62,781 bases of DNA from a virus (taxonomy: Duplodnaviria > Caudoviricetes): positions 1 to 62,781 of the IMG/VR virus record IMGVR_UViG_3300020171_000437; one strand, 5' to 3'. This document shows, one piece after another, positions 46,197 through 54,694 of this stretch (position 1 is its first letter; each line of letters begins with the position of its first letter). The translations under genes were made by a program, and so were the position numbers. The notes beneath the pieces are model-generated. The model saw only the letters and a program-made list of their open reading frames with translations. It had not been told where the DNA came from and did no database searches.

Positions 46197-46595
46197 ATGG
46201 AAACCGAACGATGGGGAGATTATGCAATCTACAGCTATCACGCGAAGGTTCTTAAGATTGTTGATGGGGACACGCTGCGTCTAGATGTCGATCTTGGAAT
46301 GTATGTTCATATTGTAGAAACCGTTCGTCTTCTTGGCGTGAACACACCCGAAACCTACGGCGTAAAAAAGGACTCCGAGGAATACGCGAAGGGGATGGTG
46401 GCGAAGGCATGGCTAATCGGACAACTCGAAACAAACCCAATGATTGATGACGATGAGTTTGTTCCTGTGCGGATTCGGACACACAAGGATGCGAAAGGAA
46501 AGTACGGGCGCTATCTAGTCGAACTCTATGTTGGCGACGATCCTGAGTCGATCAACACGAAGCTAATCCACATGGGATACGGAGCTGAGTACTGA
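46197..46595 (+). CDS. Thermonuclease (SNase-like)
   Basis: KIVDGDT, VRLLGVNTPE, GKYGRYL. Confidence 0.92.
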   Translation: METERWGDYAIYSYHAKVLKIVDGDTLRLDVDLGMYVHIVETVRLLGVNTPETYGVKKDSEEYAKGMVAKAWLIGQLETNPMIDDDEFVPVRIRTHKDAKGKYGRYLVELYVGDDPESINTKLIHMGYGAEY

Positions 46596-46677
46596 TGATA
46601 TTCTGGCTCATTTGGACGATAGTGATTACCTTGATGATCGTCATGATGTCGGTTGAGATAATCAATTTGTAAGGAGC

Positions 46678-47277
46678 GTGAACATGCCATTGAGTGACAA
46701 GCAAATCAAGAAACTGTGTCCCGGCGGCAGCGGAATGCCAAAGATGGTTTCACCATTCATCAGGACCCAAGAAGGCTTCCCAAGCTACGGTCTTGGCCCG
46801 TTTGGATACGACATTCGGCTTGGCAATACAATCCGAATCTTCAAGGACAACGTGCTTATTGATCCAAGCGCAGATGTTTCAGCCCTGGAAAACACAAACG
46901 AGATGCACGTCTTCAACGTGCCTATTGGCCAACAGTTTGTTGTCCATCCACATACAACGGTGATAGTTGAGAGCCTTGAGCAATTCAGGATGCCTGACGA
47001 CGTAATGGGATGGATTGTTGGCAAGTCCACATACACACGGCTGGGGCTGATCCTTAGCGCGACAGTGATTGAACCTGGATGGCGCGGACGGCTGAAGTTT
47101 GCTGTCATCAATCCTACTGCCGCACGGATCAAGCTGAATTCGGGGGCAGGAATTGCTCAAGTCATCTTTGACAACGGCGAGAAGCCTGAGCTGTCCTACT
47201 CTGGGCGATACCAGGACCAAGGTATCAATGTCGACGAGCCTACTTCGGACAATGAAGAGGATGAGGGGGAGGAATGA
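46678..47277 (+). CDS. dcd: dCTP deaminase
   Basis: SYGL...YDIRL, GKSTYTRLG, IEPGWRG, GIAQV, Y.GRYQ.Q. Confidence 0.92.
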   Translation: MNMPLSDKQIKKLCPGGSGMPKMVSPFIRTQEGFPSYGLGPFGYDIRLGNTIRIFKDNVLIDPSADVSALENTNEMHVFNVPIGQQFVVHPHTTVIVESLEQFRMPDDVMGWIVGKSTYTRLGLILSATVIEPGWRGRLKFAVINPTAARIKLNSGAGIAQVIFDNGEKPELSYSGRYQDQGINVDEPTSDNEEDEGEE

Positions 47278-47460
47278 ACGTAAGTCCTGGAGAGGTGGCG
47301 GCATGGCTTGGCGTGGCAATACTGTGGGTGCTAACGGTGTCGATTATTTCTTCTGTGCTCATCAATCTATTCAGGCGAAGAAAATGAACCCAGCAGCGAT
47401 TGTTGTTGTGTTTGTCATACTAGGAATGATCGCAACCGCGATTGCGGGGAGAACAGGGCG

Positions 47461-47874
47461 ATGATCCGGCTCGAATTGCTAACAATCTTATTCGACGGCA
47501 TCGCAGACGGAATTGCGAAGATTGAACAAGCAATGAACGAGATCAACGAACAAATGGGGGTGAAGATGCGACTGAGAGCACGAGTTCTGAGGCTTGAATG
47601 TGAACTGGAAGCAGAGAAGGAATCCCTTAGCAAGCTAGTTACGCAATTTAACCAATTGGTATGCGAACATGAACCCGAGATCAGACCTGTCACTTATAGC
47701 ACATATTATGAACGGTTGGGATTCGTCTGCAGCAAATGCGACAAGGTGCTGAATGCCCACCCATCCGAAAAGGAACGGGCTGAGTTCAGATTGGAGCAGG
47801 CACAGGCGGAAGTAGCCAAGAACAAAGCGACATTGGCTAGGATGAAGAAGGGAGAGAGGGGCAATGGTTCGTAG
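47461..47874 (+). CDS. Coiled-coil protein with Zn motif
   Basis: Heptads; CEH...CSKC. Confidence 0.55.
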   Translation: MIRLELLTILFDGIADGIAKIEQAMNEINEQMGVKMRLRARVLRLECELEAEKESLSKLVTQFNQLVCEHEPEIRPVTYSTYYERLGFVCSKCDKVLNAHPSEKERAEFRLEQAQAEVAKNKATLARMKKGERGNGS

Positions 47875-48223
47875 AAATGGCAAATTCGTCTTCTGGTCAC
47901 TGATCTTTGCTCTCACAGTTTTCGTGTGCTGCAAAGCATTCGCACAAGAGACAGCAACCGAGGTCTTTCAATTAAGCCAGAATGAAGGCTACGACTTTGT
48001 TACAAAGGACGACAAGCAAGACTGGATGGCGTTCTGGCTCTGCCGAGAACTAGACTCACTCCGTGAACTAATAACAGCAAATTCAGAGGCACGCAGAGAA
48101 GATGACAAAGAACTCCGAGCACAGCTCTGGAAACTAGCCCTCATTGTCGGCGGAGGAAGCGCAATCGGCGGAGTTGGCGGAGCTGCTGCAATCAAGCGGA
48201 AGAAAAACGGAGGATCGAAATGA
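47864..48223 (+). CDS. Membrane/secreted coiled-coil protein
   Basis: Signal-like N-terminus (AFA), Gly-rich C-terminal TM, basic tail. Confidence 0.6.
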   Translation: MVRRNGKFVFWSLIFALTVFVCCKAFAQETATEVFQLSQNEGYDFVTKDDKQDWMAFWLCRELDSLRELITANSEARREDDKELRAQLWKLALIVGGGSAIGGVGGAAAIKRKKNGGSK

Positions 48224-48441
48224 ACAATGCCGGAAAATGCTGCGACTGTAAATGGTGGAGCGGACAAAGCGATCGTGTCTGCATAGCCATATGCTTGTTG
48301 TGGAGCCACCGTGGCCCCAATCGCAAACTACGCATAAAGACGATATTTGACCATGTCGGAATCCCAGCATGGATAGAAACAGAACCATCCTTCGGTTGTA
48401 TCTGCATGGACCCCCGAGAGGCAACACGAAATGAGGGATAG
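48220..48441 (+). CDS. Small Cys-rich protein
   Basis: CCDCKWW...FGC; ATGA coupling. Confidence 0.5.
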   Translation: MNNAGKCCDCKWWSGQSDRVCIAICLLWSHRGPNRKLRIKTIFDHVGIPAWIETEPSFGCICMDPREATRNEG

Positions 48442-48690
48442 AAAAATATGAACTGGCCTATAATCCACGGAATGCTCCTGCTCTCCATCCTCATCGCCTC
48501 CGGATGGTTCTGCGCCGCCCTAGATGGCCACAAAGAAGATCTCAATATCCAAGCCTCCATCGACCAAATACGTAAATGCGCGGAGAAAGATAATGTCTCG
48601 CCATTCTAACCCCCTCCTAGCAGCCCTTAAACTAAGACAAACATCCTTAAACCATAGGAAATGCCCAGTGGCTCTACATAAACCCCCCCA

Positions 48691-48745
48691 CTACCAAAAC
48701 TATATAGCCCTACCAAAACTATATAGTTTTCTGGAATCTATGGAG
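48691..48745. repeat. Left palindromic repeat site
   Basis: CTACCAAAACTATATAG twice (19-bp period); palindrome AAAACTATATAGTTTT at 48715-48730. Confidence 0.9.
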
Positions 48746-48895
48746 TTTTGGGGGGCGAAGACACTCTGCACTCCCTATCTTGCAGCGCAAATCGGCAGAC
48801 CCTCTAATATCTCGTACCTGCCTCTGCAATCTTCGCCCCCCTCCCCTTTTTCAAGCCTCTCAGCTTCCACCTCCCCCCCACTAAAGGAGTAATCT

Positions 48896-49510
48896 ATGTC
48901 CCGCTACCTCTCCAAAGAACAATGGCTCCAAGCCGAAGAACGCTTCGTCTACGGTGACTCCATCACCCACGCCGAACTCGCCGCCCTAATCGGCGTCTCC
49001 GATACCACAGTCTCTAAACATGCCTCACCCAAAGACGGTAACTGGCTCTATAAACGTAACGTCGCCCAAAAAGAACTTCGCCTCGACGCCAAGGCCCGCC
49101 TCATTAAGGATAATCAAGAGCTGAACCTCGTCCGTGAACAATCTTTCGAGGATCGCTTCGAGCAATCTAGTAGTAAAATGAACGACCTCCTCGATCTACT
49201 CCTCGATTATTTCGTCCCAAGTCCCGACGCTTCCCATGAGCAAATTAAAGCCTGTAAAGAACAGCTCGACCTCCTCTCCTCTAACCAGAAGGCCACTCTC
49301 GTCGTACGCTGCGTTGAACGATTGTCAGGTGTTGCAAAGACTAAGCAATTGCTCTCTGGTGGGGAAACAGAGCGCCTCCTGATTGATCTTCGCGGTGGTG
49401 CTGATGTGAGTCTTGATGCGCAAACAGAGGCCCTGATTGAAGAAGTGCTACAGAAGGCTAGGGATAGCAGGGCATCAAGCGACGCAAGTGAGTGGGAAAG
49501 CGCCAGATAA
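48896..49510 (+). CDS. Probable terminase small subunit (N-terminal HTH, helical body)
   Basis: W..AE..FV.G...ELA..IGVS..TV.K......W...R; C-terminal LLSGGETER; AAGGAG RBS. Confidence 0.65.
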   Translation: MSRYLSKEQWLQAEERFVYGDSITHAELAALIGVSDTTVSKHASPKDGNWLYKRNVAQKELRLDAKARLIKDNQELNLVREQSFEDRFEQSSSKMNDLLDLLLDYFVPSPDASHEQIKACKEQLDLLSSNQKATLVVRCVERLSGVAKTKQLLSGGETERLLIDLRGGADVSLDAQTEALIEEVLQKARDSRASSDASEWESAR

Positions 49511-49519
49511 TCGCCCGAT

Positions 49520-49554
49520 CGCGTGTATACTCGTAGGGGACAAGTATACACGCG
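49520..49554. terminator. Hairpin between convergent genes
   Basis: CGCGTGTATACT...AGTATACACGCG followed by CTTTT. Confidence 0.7.
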
Positions 49555-49571
49555 CTTTTGCTTAGTGGGTG

Positions 49572-49985
49572 TTAGGCGAGGGAATCTTCGAGAAGCGCCC
49601 GCAGGAACTCAGTTTTGGATATGTTGGTCTGTTGCAGGCGGATGTTGAGTTTGTTTTCGAGGAACGGGCTGATTCTGAATGACACGAGGATTGATTTCGC
49701 TCGATCGCTGTTCAGGTCGGGGGAAGAGAGATCGTCTGGTGTTGTATACTCGATGGTGTCAAGGTTTCGCCCAGAATCGCTGTTCTGATCGAGTATACAT
49801 GCTTGTGTGATGGGACGTATACTTGATGGGGGCTTGGTTTTCGCCGGGGGTTTTGTTGAAACTGTCTGAACGATCTTGGTGGCTATCTCCATTCGGCCCT
49901 TCCTGAAGCAAGAGGTGCATGTGTTGTATTCTTTCTCGATTGCAGACAGGATGGGCATTCCGCATGTTTTGCAGTGTTGAGGCAT
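49572..49985 (-). CDS. Zn-finger plus C-terminal RHH protein
   Basis: CKTCG...CTSC; VSFRI...SKTEFLRALLE; AAGGAG RBS. Confidence 0.65.
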   Translation of the reverse strand: MPQHCKTCGMPILSAIEKEYNTCTSCFRKGRMEIATKIVQTVSTKPPAKTKPPSSIRPITQACILDQNSDSGRNLDTIEYTTPDDLSSPDLNSDRAKSILVSFRISPFLENKLNIRLQQTNISKTEFLRALLEDSLA

Positions 49986-50092
49986 GATAGACTCTCCTTT
50001 GATGTATACTTGATGGGATCGAGTATACACGGAGTTTCGCCCTGAATCAATAAGCGCCCGATTTTCGCCGTTTCGCCCAATAAACGCCCAAT

Positions 50093-50147
50093 CTCCATAG
50101 ATCGCCAGGAACTATATAGATTTCCAAAAACTATATAGTTTTGGTAG
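50093..50147. repeat. Right palindromic repeat site, inverted relative to 48691-48745
   Basis: 50127-50147 is the exact reverse complement of 48710-48730; CTCCATAGAT mirrors ATCTATGGAG. Confidence 0.9.
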
Positions 50148-50193
50148 AACTCCGAAGAGAGGGCGGACTTTCGCCCGCCCGAGAATCGCCCAG

Positions 50194-50478
50194 TTATCGC
50201 CCAAGATCCTCCTCCCTTGATACCTCGTTCACTCCGAAGAATTTGCGCAGTTCTTGATCCGCCGCATAAGACGTTGCGGCCCATCGTCCGATTCTGCACT
50301 CGCCATCGAATGCGTTTGAGACTGGGGCACACCATAGCTCGCCGTGTTGATCTTGATATACCTCAAAGGGCCTGTTCCCGTTGCCGGGGAGGTGTGCTTG
50401 GTATTGTCCGGCGATCTTTACGGGATCGATGAATCCGAGGTGGCCTTTGCTCTTCCGAATCGCTTGTGTCGTCTCCAT
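50194..50478 (-). CDS. Hypothetical protein
   Basis: Start METTQ after AAGGGAGG. Confidence 0.65.
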   Translation of the reverse strand: METTQAIRKSKGHLGFIDPVKIAGQYQAHLPGNGNRPFEVYQDQHGELWCAPVSNAFDGECRIGRWAATSYAADQELRKFFGVNEVSREEDLGR

Positions 50479-50485
50479 TAGTCCT

Positions 50486-50545
50486 CCCTTATAGCTCATC
50501 AGTAGTGAGCCTAGACGCCCCCGGAGGGGCGTTTCGCTACAAGGG
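50486..50545 (-). ncRNA. Type II hammerhead ribozyme
   Basis: CCCUUGUAGC-GAA-ACGCCCC(UCCG)GGGGCGU-C/UAG(GCUCA)CUA-CUGAUGA-GCUAUAAGGG; complete core and three stems. Confidence 0.92.
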
Positions 50546-50685
50546 GTTATTCTGTAGCGCACAGTAGAATTCCGGTCCGTCGTAGAAGAAGACCGAAGTT
50601 TCATCCATCTGGTCAATACACGTTGCGCACGGTTCACTCTCCGGGTTCTTCTCAATGTTTGCACACCCTTCACAAAAGTCTGGTC

Positions 50686-50919
50686 TCATGCTTCAGCCCT
50701 CCTAGGAACTAAGCAGAGGCGCGGCCTTTCGATTTCCATAGGACAGACGGCCAACTTAGCGCAGTTGATCACTGCGGGCCATTCAGGGCCACCGGACCAA
50801 TGGATTTCTATATCGTCTCGCCATTCTTCAGCGTGTCTCAGGACCAACAAGAAGCGGACGCCCGGGAAGGCATCCGCTAGTTTTGATTGAATCTTGTCCA
50901 TCGTTTCTTGGCGTGTCAT
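50686..50919 (-). CDS. Hypothetical protein (LPD29-like pattern)
   Basis: L..AFPGVRF...IEIHWSGGP. Confidence 0.55.
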   Translation of the reverse strand: MTRQETMDKIQSKLADAFPGVRFLLVLRHAEEWRDDIEIHWSGGPEWPAVINCAKLAVCPMEIERPRLCLVPRRAEA

Positions 50920-50928
50920 GCTCCCCCC

Positions 50929-51117
50929 TTACAGACCGTGGCTAATCATCAAATCAGACAGACAGAGAACTTTCCCGGCCTTGGCATCTTCCGAGAATTG
51001 TTCCCGTTGTGCGGCTAACTTTGCCTGCCGGGCTGGGTCATCCTTTTTGATGTGCTCGTATCGGATCACGTCTTCGTCAGTCCCGGTGAATTTCTTCTTG
51101 TTGGTTGCTTCACTCAT
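50929..51117 (-). CDS. Hypothetical protein
   Basis: GGGAGG RBS before MSEAT. Confidence 0.5.
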   Translation of the reverse strand: MSEATNKKKFTGTDEDVIRYEHIKKDDPARQAKLAAQREQFSEDAKAGKVLCLSDLMISHGL

Positions 51118-51649
51118 AGCTACAGACCTCCCCTTGGGGCGTTGCAATCTCGCCCATATAGATCCATGGACCTTCCTTCTCGAATCGTTGCAACGTTGAG
51201 AACGTCGGCCTCCCCGTCTTTGGATCGTGGCCCGCCGCTTCGCCTACCTGAATGCACTTTCCTGACCATGTAGCGGGCGGGAGTACACAATACCACCACT
51301 CCCGGAGTTCATCGTCTACAGTGTCTCCGATGTTCAGGTAAGTACTGATACAAAGATGCGACAAGTGCCACTCCTCTTTGGTGGCGTGCTTTTGTGGTGG
51401 GTTGTATGCCTTCCCGCGCAACACCTCATGAAAGTCTGGCGCGTGGCCTTGAACCTGGTAGCCTGTGTCGTTAATGGGGATTGCGTCCCAGGCCCAACCA
51501 TCATCGAGCTTCGCCGCGTATTCATCGAGCGTAGCGCGGGCGTGCTGTTCGCATACCGCCGCCCCAGGCACGCGCTCATAGTTGAATCGCGTCCAGTATT
51601 GTGCCATTTTGTGGCATCGTTTCCCGTTGTCATACGCTGTGCATAACAT
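51110..51649 (-). CDS. Hypothetical protein, first gene of leftward early operon
   Basis: RBS and promoter upstream; IGDTVD...LPP...QVGE. Confidence 0.6.
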   Translation of the reverse strand: MLCTAYDNGKRCHKMAQYWTRFNYERVPGAAVCEQHARATLDEYAAKLDDGWAWDAIPINDTGYQVQGHAPDFHEVLRGKAYNPPQKHATKEEWHLSHLCISTYLNIGDTVDDELREWWYCVLPPATWSGKCIQVGEAAGHDPKTGRPTFSTLQRFEKEGPWIYMGEIATPQGEVCSYE

Positions 51650-51681
51650 TTGGAACCTCCCTTATAGCTGTTGATTGATTG

Positions 51682-51952
51682 ATCCTATCACGATCCGCCC
51701 ACGATGTCAAGATCCGCCCATGAATAACGCCCTTTTTTCGCCAGATTTTCGCCGTTATGGCGTCAAACCGGCCCAAGCTCGATTTGGTACATTCGGTACA
51801 TTGTGCCATGTGTGCCAATCCAGATCCGGCACATTGGCACACGTGTGCCAGTGTACCATAGTCTAAGGGACAACTGTCACCACAAGATAGTGGACAAAGT
51901 TGCTGTTAGAATAGGTCACAGGACTTGACTTGGCTACCAGCTAGATTATACT
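51682..51952. promoter_or_regulatory. Divergent promoters with a central GG(C/T)ACA motif array
   Basis: Minus TTGACA(51710-51705)-17-TAGGAT; plus TTGACT(51925)-16-TATACT; about 8 motifs in 51786-51858. Confidence 0.75.
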
Positions 51953-52001
51953 GAAGACGTGAATCAGTGAATGATTCAACACCAAGGCGAAAGGGGAAAA
52001 C

Positions 52002-52220
52002 ATGAGAACGATCGAAGTCACGGAAAGGGAAGCAAGCGACATCATGTTTGGAATGGACAACATAGGGTACTGCCTATCTTGTGGGGAAGAGGCGTACGGA
52101 TGCGAGCCGGATGCTCGCAACTACACGTGCGAATCTTGTGGAGAGCGGCAGGTGTTCGGGTTTGAGGAATGCCTGATTATGGGCAACGTCACAATTATAG
52201 AGAGTGATTCTGAATGCTAA
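52002..52220 (+). CDS. Zn-ribbon protein
   Basis: GYCLSCG...EPDA..Y.CESCG..VFG. Confidence 0.7.
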   Translation: MRTIEVTEREASDIMFGMDNIGYCLSCGEEAYGCEPDARNYTCESCGERQVFGFEECLIMGNVTIIESDSEC

Positions 52221-52462
52221 GGCTCTATACTGAGGATACTACACTTGTCCGAAAACAAGTCTTGCAAGCGATGCGGAAGGGTCTTAACTGCACTCAGTAC
52301 GTTGGGCAAGGCAGTTGGAAGGGGATTCCCGAGAACAGCCTTGTAGTCGAGTCAACTGATGACTCCCTCCCTACATTGCGTGAACTATCGAAGGCGATCA
52401 TTGAAAAGGCAAACCAGACAGCTACTCTACTGGTTAAACTACAATCGGAAGTGATATCATGA
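52214..52462 (+). CDS. Hypothetical protein
   Basis: GQGSWKG..E.SLVVE...NQ. Confidence 0.6.
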   Translation: MLRLYTEDTTLVRKQVLQAMRKGLNCTQYVGQGSWKGIPENSLVVESTDDSLPTLRELSKAIIEKANQTATLLVKLQSEVIS

Positions 52463-52671
52463 TATGCAAGCATTGCGATTGCGTGCGGATCAATGGGACA
52501 ATTTGTCACGAGTTTGGGTGTCCGAACAAACATGGAGAATTAGAAAAGGGGAAGGGGAAGTGAACTTTGCTAGTGTGCTCGTTGGCAGTGGTGGCACACT
52601 ACCATTGACAGCGTGGTTAGTGCTAGGCCTAATTGTGGTACTAGTGTGGGGATTGAAAGGGAGGAAATGAC

Positions 52672-52944
52672 ATGTTTATAGTGCGATGTCCTGGCGAATT
52701 GCAAGCAACGTTGCTTGATATAGCAGAGAGTAGGCCTGAGCTGCTCCCGCAGCTTGTGCACGCGTTGGCAAGGCTTATCGGCAAGTGCCTTGACGAGAAA
52801 GGGTACGACGTGAATACAGTTGAACTATACTCAGACAGGGGGCAATGGTGTTTCGGTTGGGTCTTGACTTATCATGATGGGGGACAACTTGTAGGTGGCC
52901 TGAATTATCATGCAAGCGATGGTAGCTGGAGTCTGAATACCTAA
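52672..52944 (+). CDS. Hypothetical protein
   Basis: LYSD...F.W...GGL.YH...WS.NT. Confidence 0.6.
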   Translation: MFIVRCPGELQATLLDIAESRPELLPQLVHALARLIGKCLDEKGYDVNTVELYSDRGQWCFGWVLTYHDGGQLVGGLNYHASDGSWSLNT

Positions 52945-52955
52945 GCGGAAACTCT

Positions 52956-52985
52956 AAGGGTCCGGACCCCCCGGACCCTTTTCTC
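52956..52985 (+). terminator. Intrinsic terminator
   Basis: AAGGGTCCGG-ACCCC-CCGGACCCTT-TTCT. Confidence 0.85.
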
Positions 52986-53224
52986 TTGCCTATTCACACA
53001 CTATAAAGCGAATACATTATAGTATAAAATGGGACCCTAAAGTCCAAACGACCCCCCCCAGCGCTTCGCGCATCAACTTCTCCGCGCAGATGAGTCCCGA
53101 TGTTTCCCTTAGTTTACCTTTCAGCGAGAGGCGCATGATATTATGTAGTTTCATTTAGGGGTGGGGGTGGGGGCATAATGCGGGGATGATTTTCATGGTG
53201 GGTGGGGGGGTGGGTGTGGCAAGT

Positions 53225-53253
53225 TTGACGTTTACCCGAGTTTCTGATACACT
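53225..53253 (+). promoter_or_regulatory. Sigma70-like promoter
   Basis: TTGACG-17-TGaTACACT. Confidence 0.7.
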
Positions 53254-53282
53254 ATTGTTATGGAGGGTGGGGGGTGGGAGAC

Positions 53283-53471
53283 ATGAACTCAACAGATCTT
53301 TTAGTGGGGGTTTACAAGGCTTACAATTTTGTTCCTAAGACGCGGATGGAGTTATGGGAGGATTGGTTGGAGGAGTGCGACAGGCGGATGGAGACTGGTG
53401 ATGGGGTGTTACGTCCTAGGATGCCATTTGACGAAGATTGGGACACGATGAGGGGGATGTGGGGGGATTGA
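53283..53471 (+). CDS. Small acidic hypothetical protein
   Basis: Follows promoter and GGGAG RBS. Confidence 0.45.
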   Translation: MNSTDLLVGVYKAYNFVPKTRMELWEDWLEECDRRMETGDGVLRPRMPFDEDWDTMRGMWGD

Positions 53472-53498
53472 TTGCTGAGGGGTGGTTGGTGATTGCCC

Positions 53499-53527
53499 TT
53501 GACATTGGTTAGTGGATGACGTATGTT
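53499..53527 (+). promoter_or_regulatory. Sigma70-like promoter
   Basis: TTGACA-17-TATGTT. Confidence 0.7.
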
Positions 53528-54168
53528 ATTATTGAAATGAGAAACCAAAGAGATTATACTCAGAACATCCGCGCAGTCCGGCGAGACCCATCAGCGGTCG
53601 AATCTTTCTCATTTCACGCCGGGCTGCCGTCTGTTTTGAGCAGCGACAAATCCAGTCTAGTAGGTGAGGTTATGACCCCGCCTTGCAAAGCAGACGCTGT
53701 GGGGCGTTCTTTGCTAACACGACGTGAAGAAACTGGGCAACGAAGGTTCTTTTCTACGTTCAACCTCAAAATGAACGCACCGGTTAAGCCGGACCATATT
53801 CAAGATGGTGGTAACGGAAGATTCTGTTCACGCGAATACTTTCCCACCCAGACGAGGGCCGTGCGTTGTGTAACAACACAGAAGCGGATGGTCGATAACA
53901 GCTTACTAGATTCCCACACTGCGAAGAAACTAACCGACGCCCCAATCTAAATCCAAGGCTTGGGTTAATTCAAGAGCTCTCCGCAGGTTTCCACGGGGTC
54001 CAGGGGTCTAAGTAATTTACTACTAGAAGTAGAGGCAAGCGTATAGGTTTGGAGATGAATGATGAAGAAACCTGAGCGCAAAGCCATGAAGAAAGAACAA
54101 AGAGGGCGATGTTTTTATTGCGGGACGAAGCTCATAGATGATTCCCATTTGGTAAATGTTTCCGTTAT

Positions 54169-54197
54169 TTGACACTCCCCCCATTTTCTGATATACT
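54169..54197 (+). promoter_or_regulatory. Sigma70-like promoter
   Basis: TTGACA-17-TGaTATACT. Confidence 0.85.
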
Positions 54198-54217
54198 CAG
54201 CAGCAGATTGAAGGAGG

Positions 54218-54694
54218 ATGACGATGAAGACTGAGGCGATTAAGGCAATCTTGTCCGCATTACAGGAATACGCTGGGCCGTTAGAGGAGCAAGAGGAAGA
54301 AGTGCTCGTAGCACTTGCCGAACTCGCCGCCCTTGAGAAGCAGGTCGGGTGGCTGAGACAGGCGCTAGAGTTCTGTTCGGCGCATCTAACAAACGATCCA
54401 TTGGCCGCGCATGAGAGAATCAGGGCAGTCCTTTTTACTGCGCCTAGCGGGAAGGCGCTGAAGGATATAAGGATTACCGATGGCGGCAAGGAAACTACTA
54501 ACGTGCTGGTCGATATCGAGAAGCTACGTGAAGCGTGTACAAGTCTTGAAATGGCACCAGCAGGCCCAAACGAGATCTATCGATGTCTTCTGTGCGACCA
54601 CCATTCTCTGCGTCGTGATGGAATTCGACACGCTGACAACTGCTGGCTTGGCAACATTCTGAAGACGGCGAGGGAAGGGGGAGAGAATGTCTGA
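54218..54694 (+). CDS. Hypothetical protein
   Basis: AAGGAGG RBS; CLLC...HADNC. Confidence 0.6.
   Translation: MTMKTEAIKAILSALQEYAGPLEEQEEEVLVALAELAALEKQVGWLRQALEFCSAHLTNDPLAAHERIRAVLFTAPSGKALKDIRITDGGKETTNVLVDIEKLREACTSLEMAPAGPNEIYRCLLCDHHSLRRDGIRHADNCWLGNILKTAREGGENV

Noticed and set aside
48524-48892. 122-aa ORF across the left palindromic site
   Set aside because: Low-complexity Pro/Ser translation of a C-rich repeat region with no clear RBS; probably spurious
48691-50147. Protelomerase telRL site or IS element
   Set aside because: The palindromes are only 16 bp, and no protelomerase, transposase or target-site duplication was seen
51951-51995. Second hammerhead (CTGAAGA...GAAA)
   Set aside because: Stem II does not close next to the core, and no stem I/III or cleavage triplet can be formed
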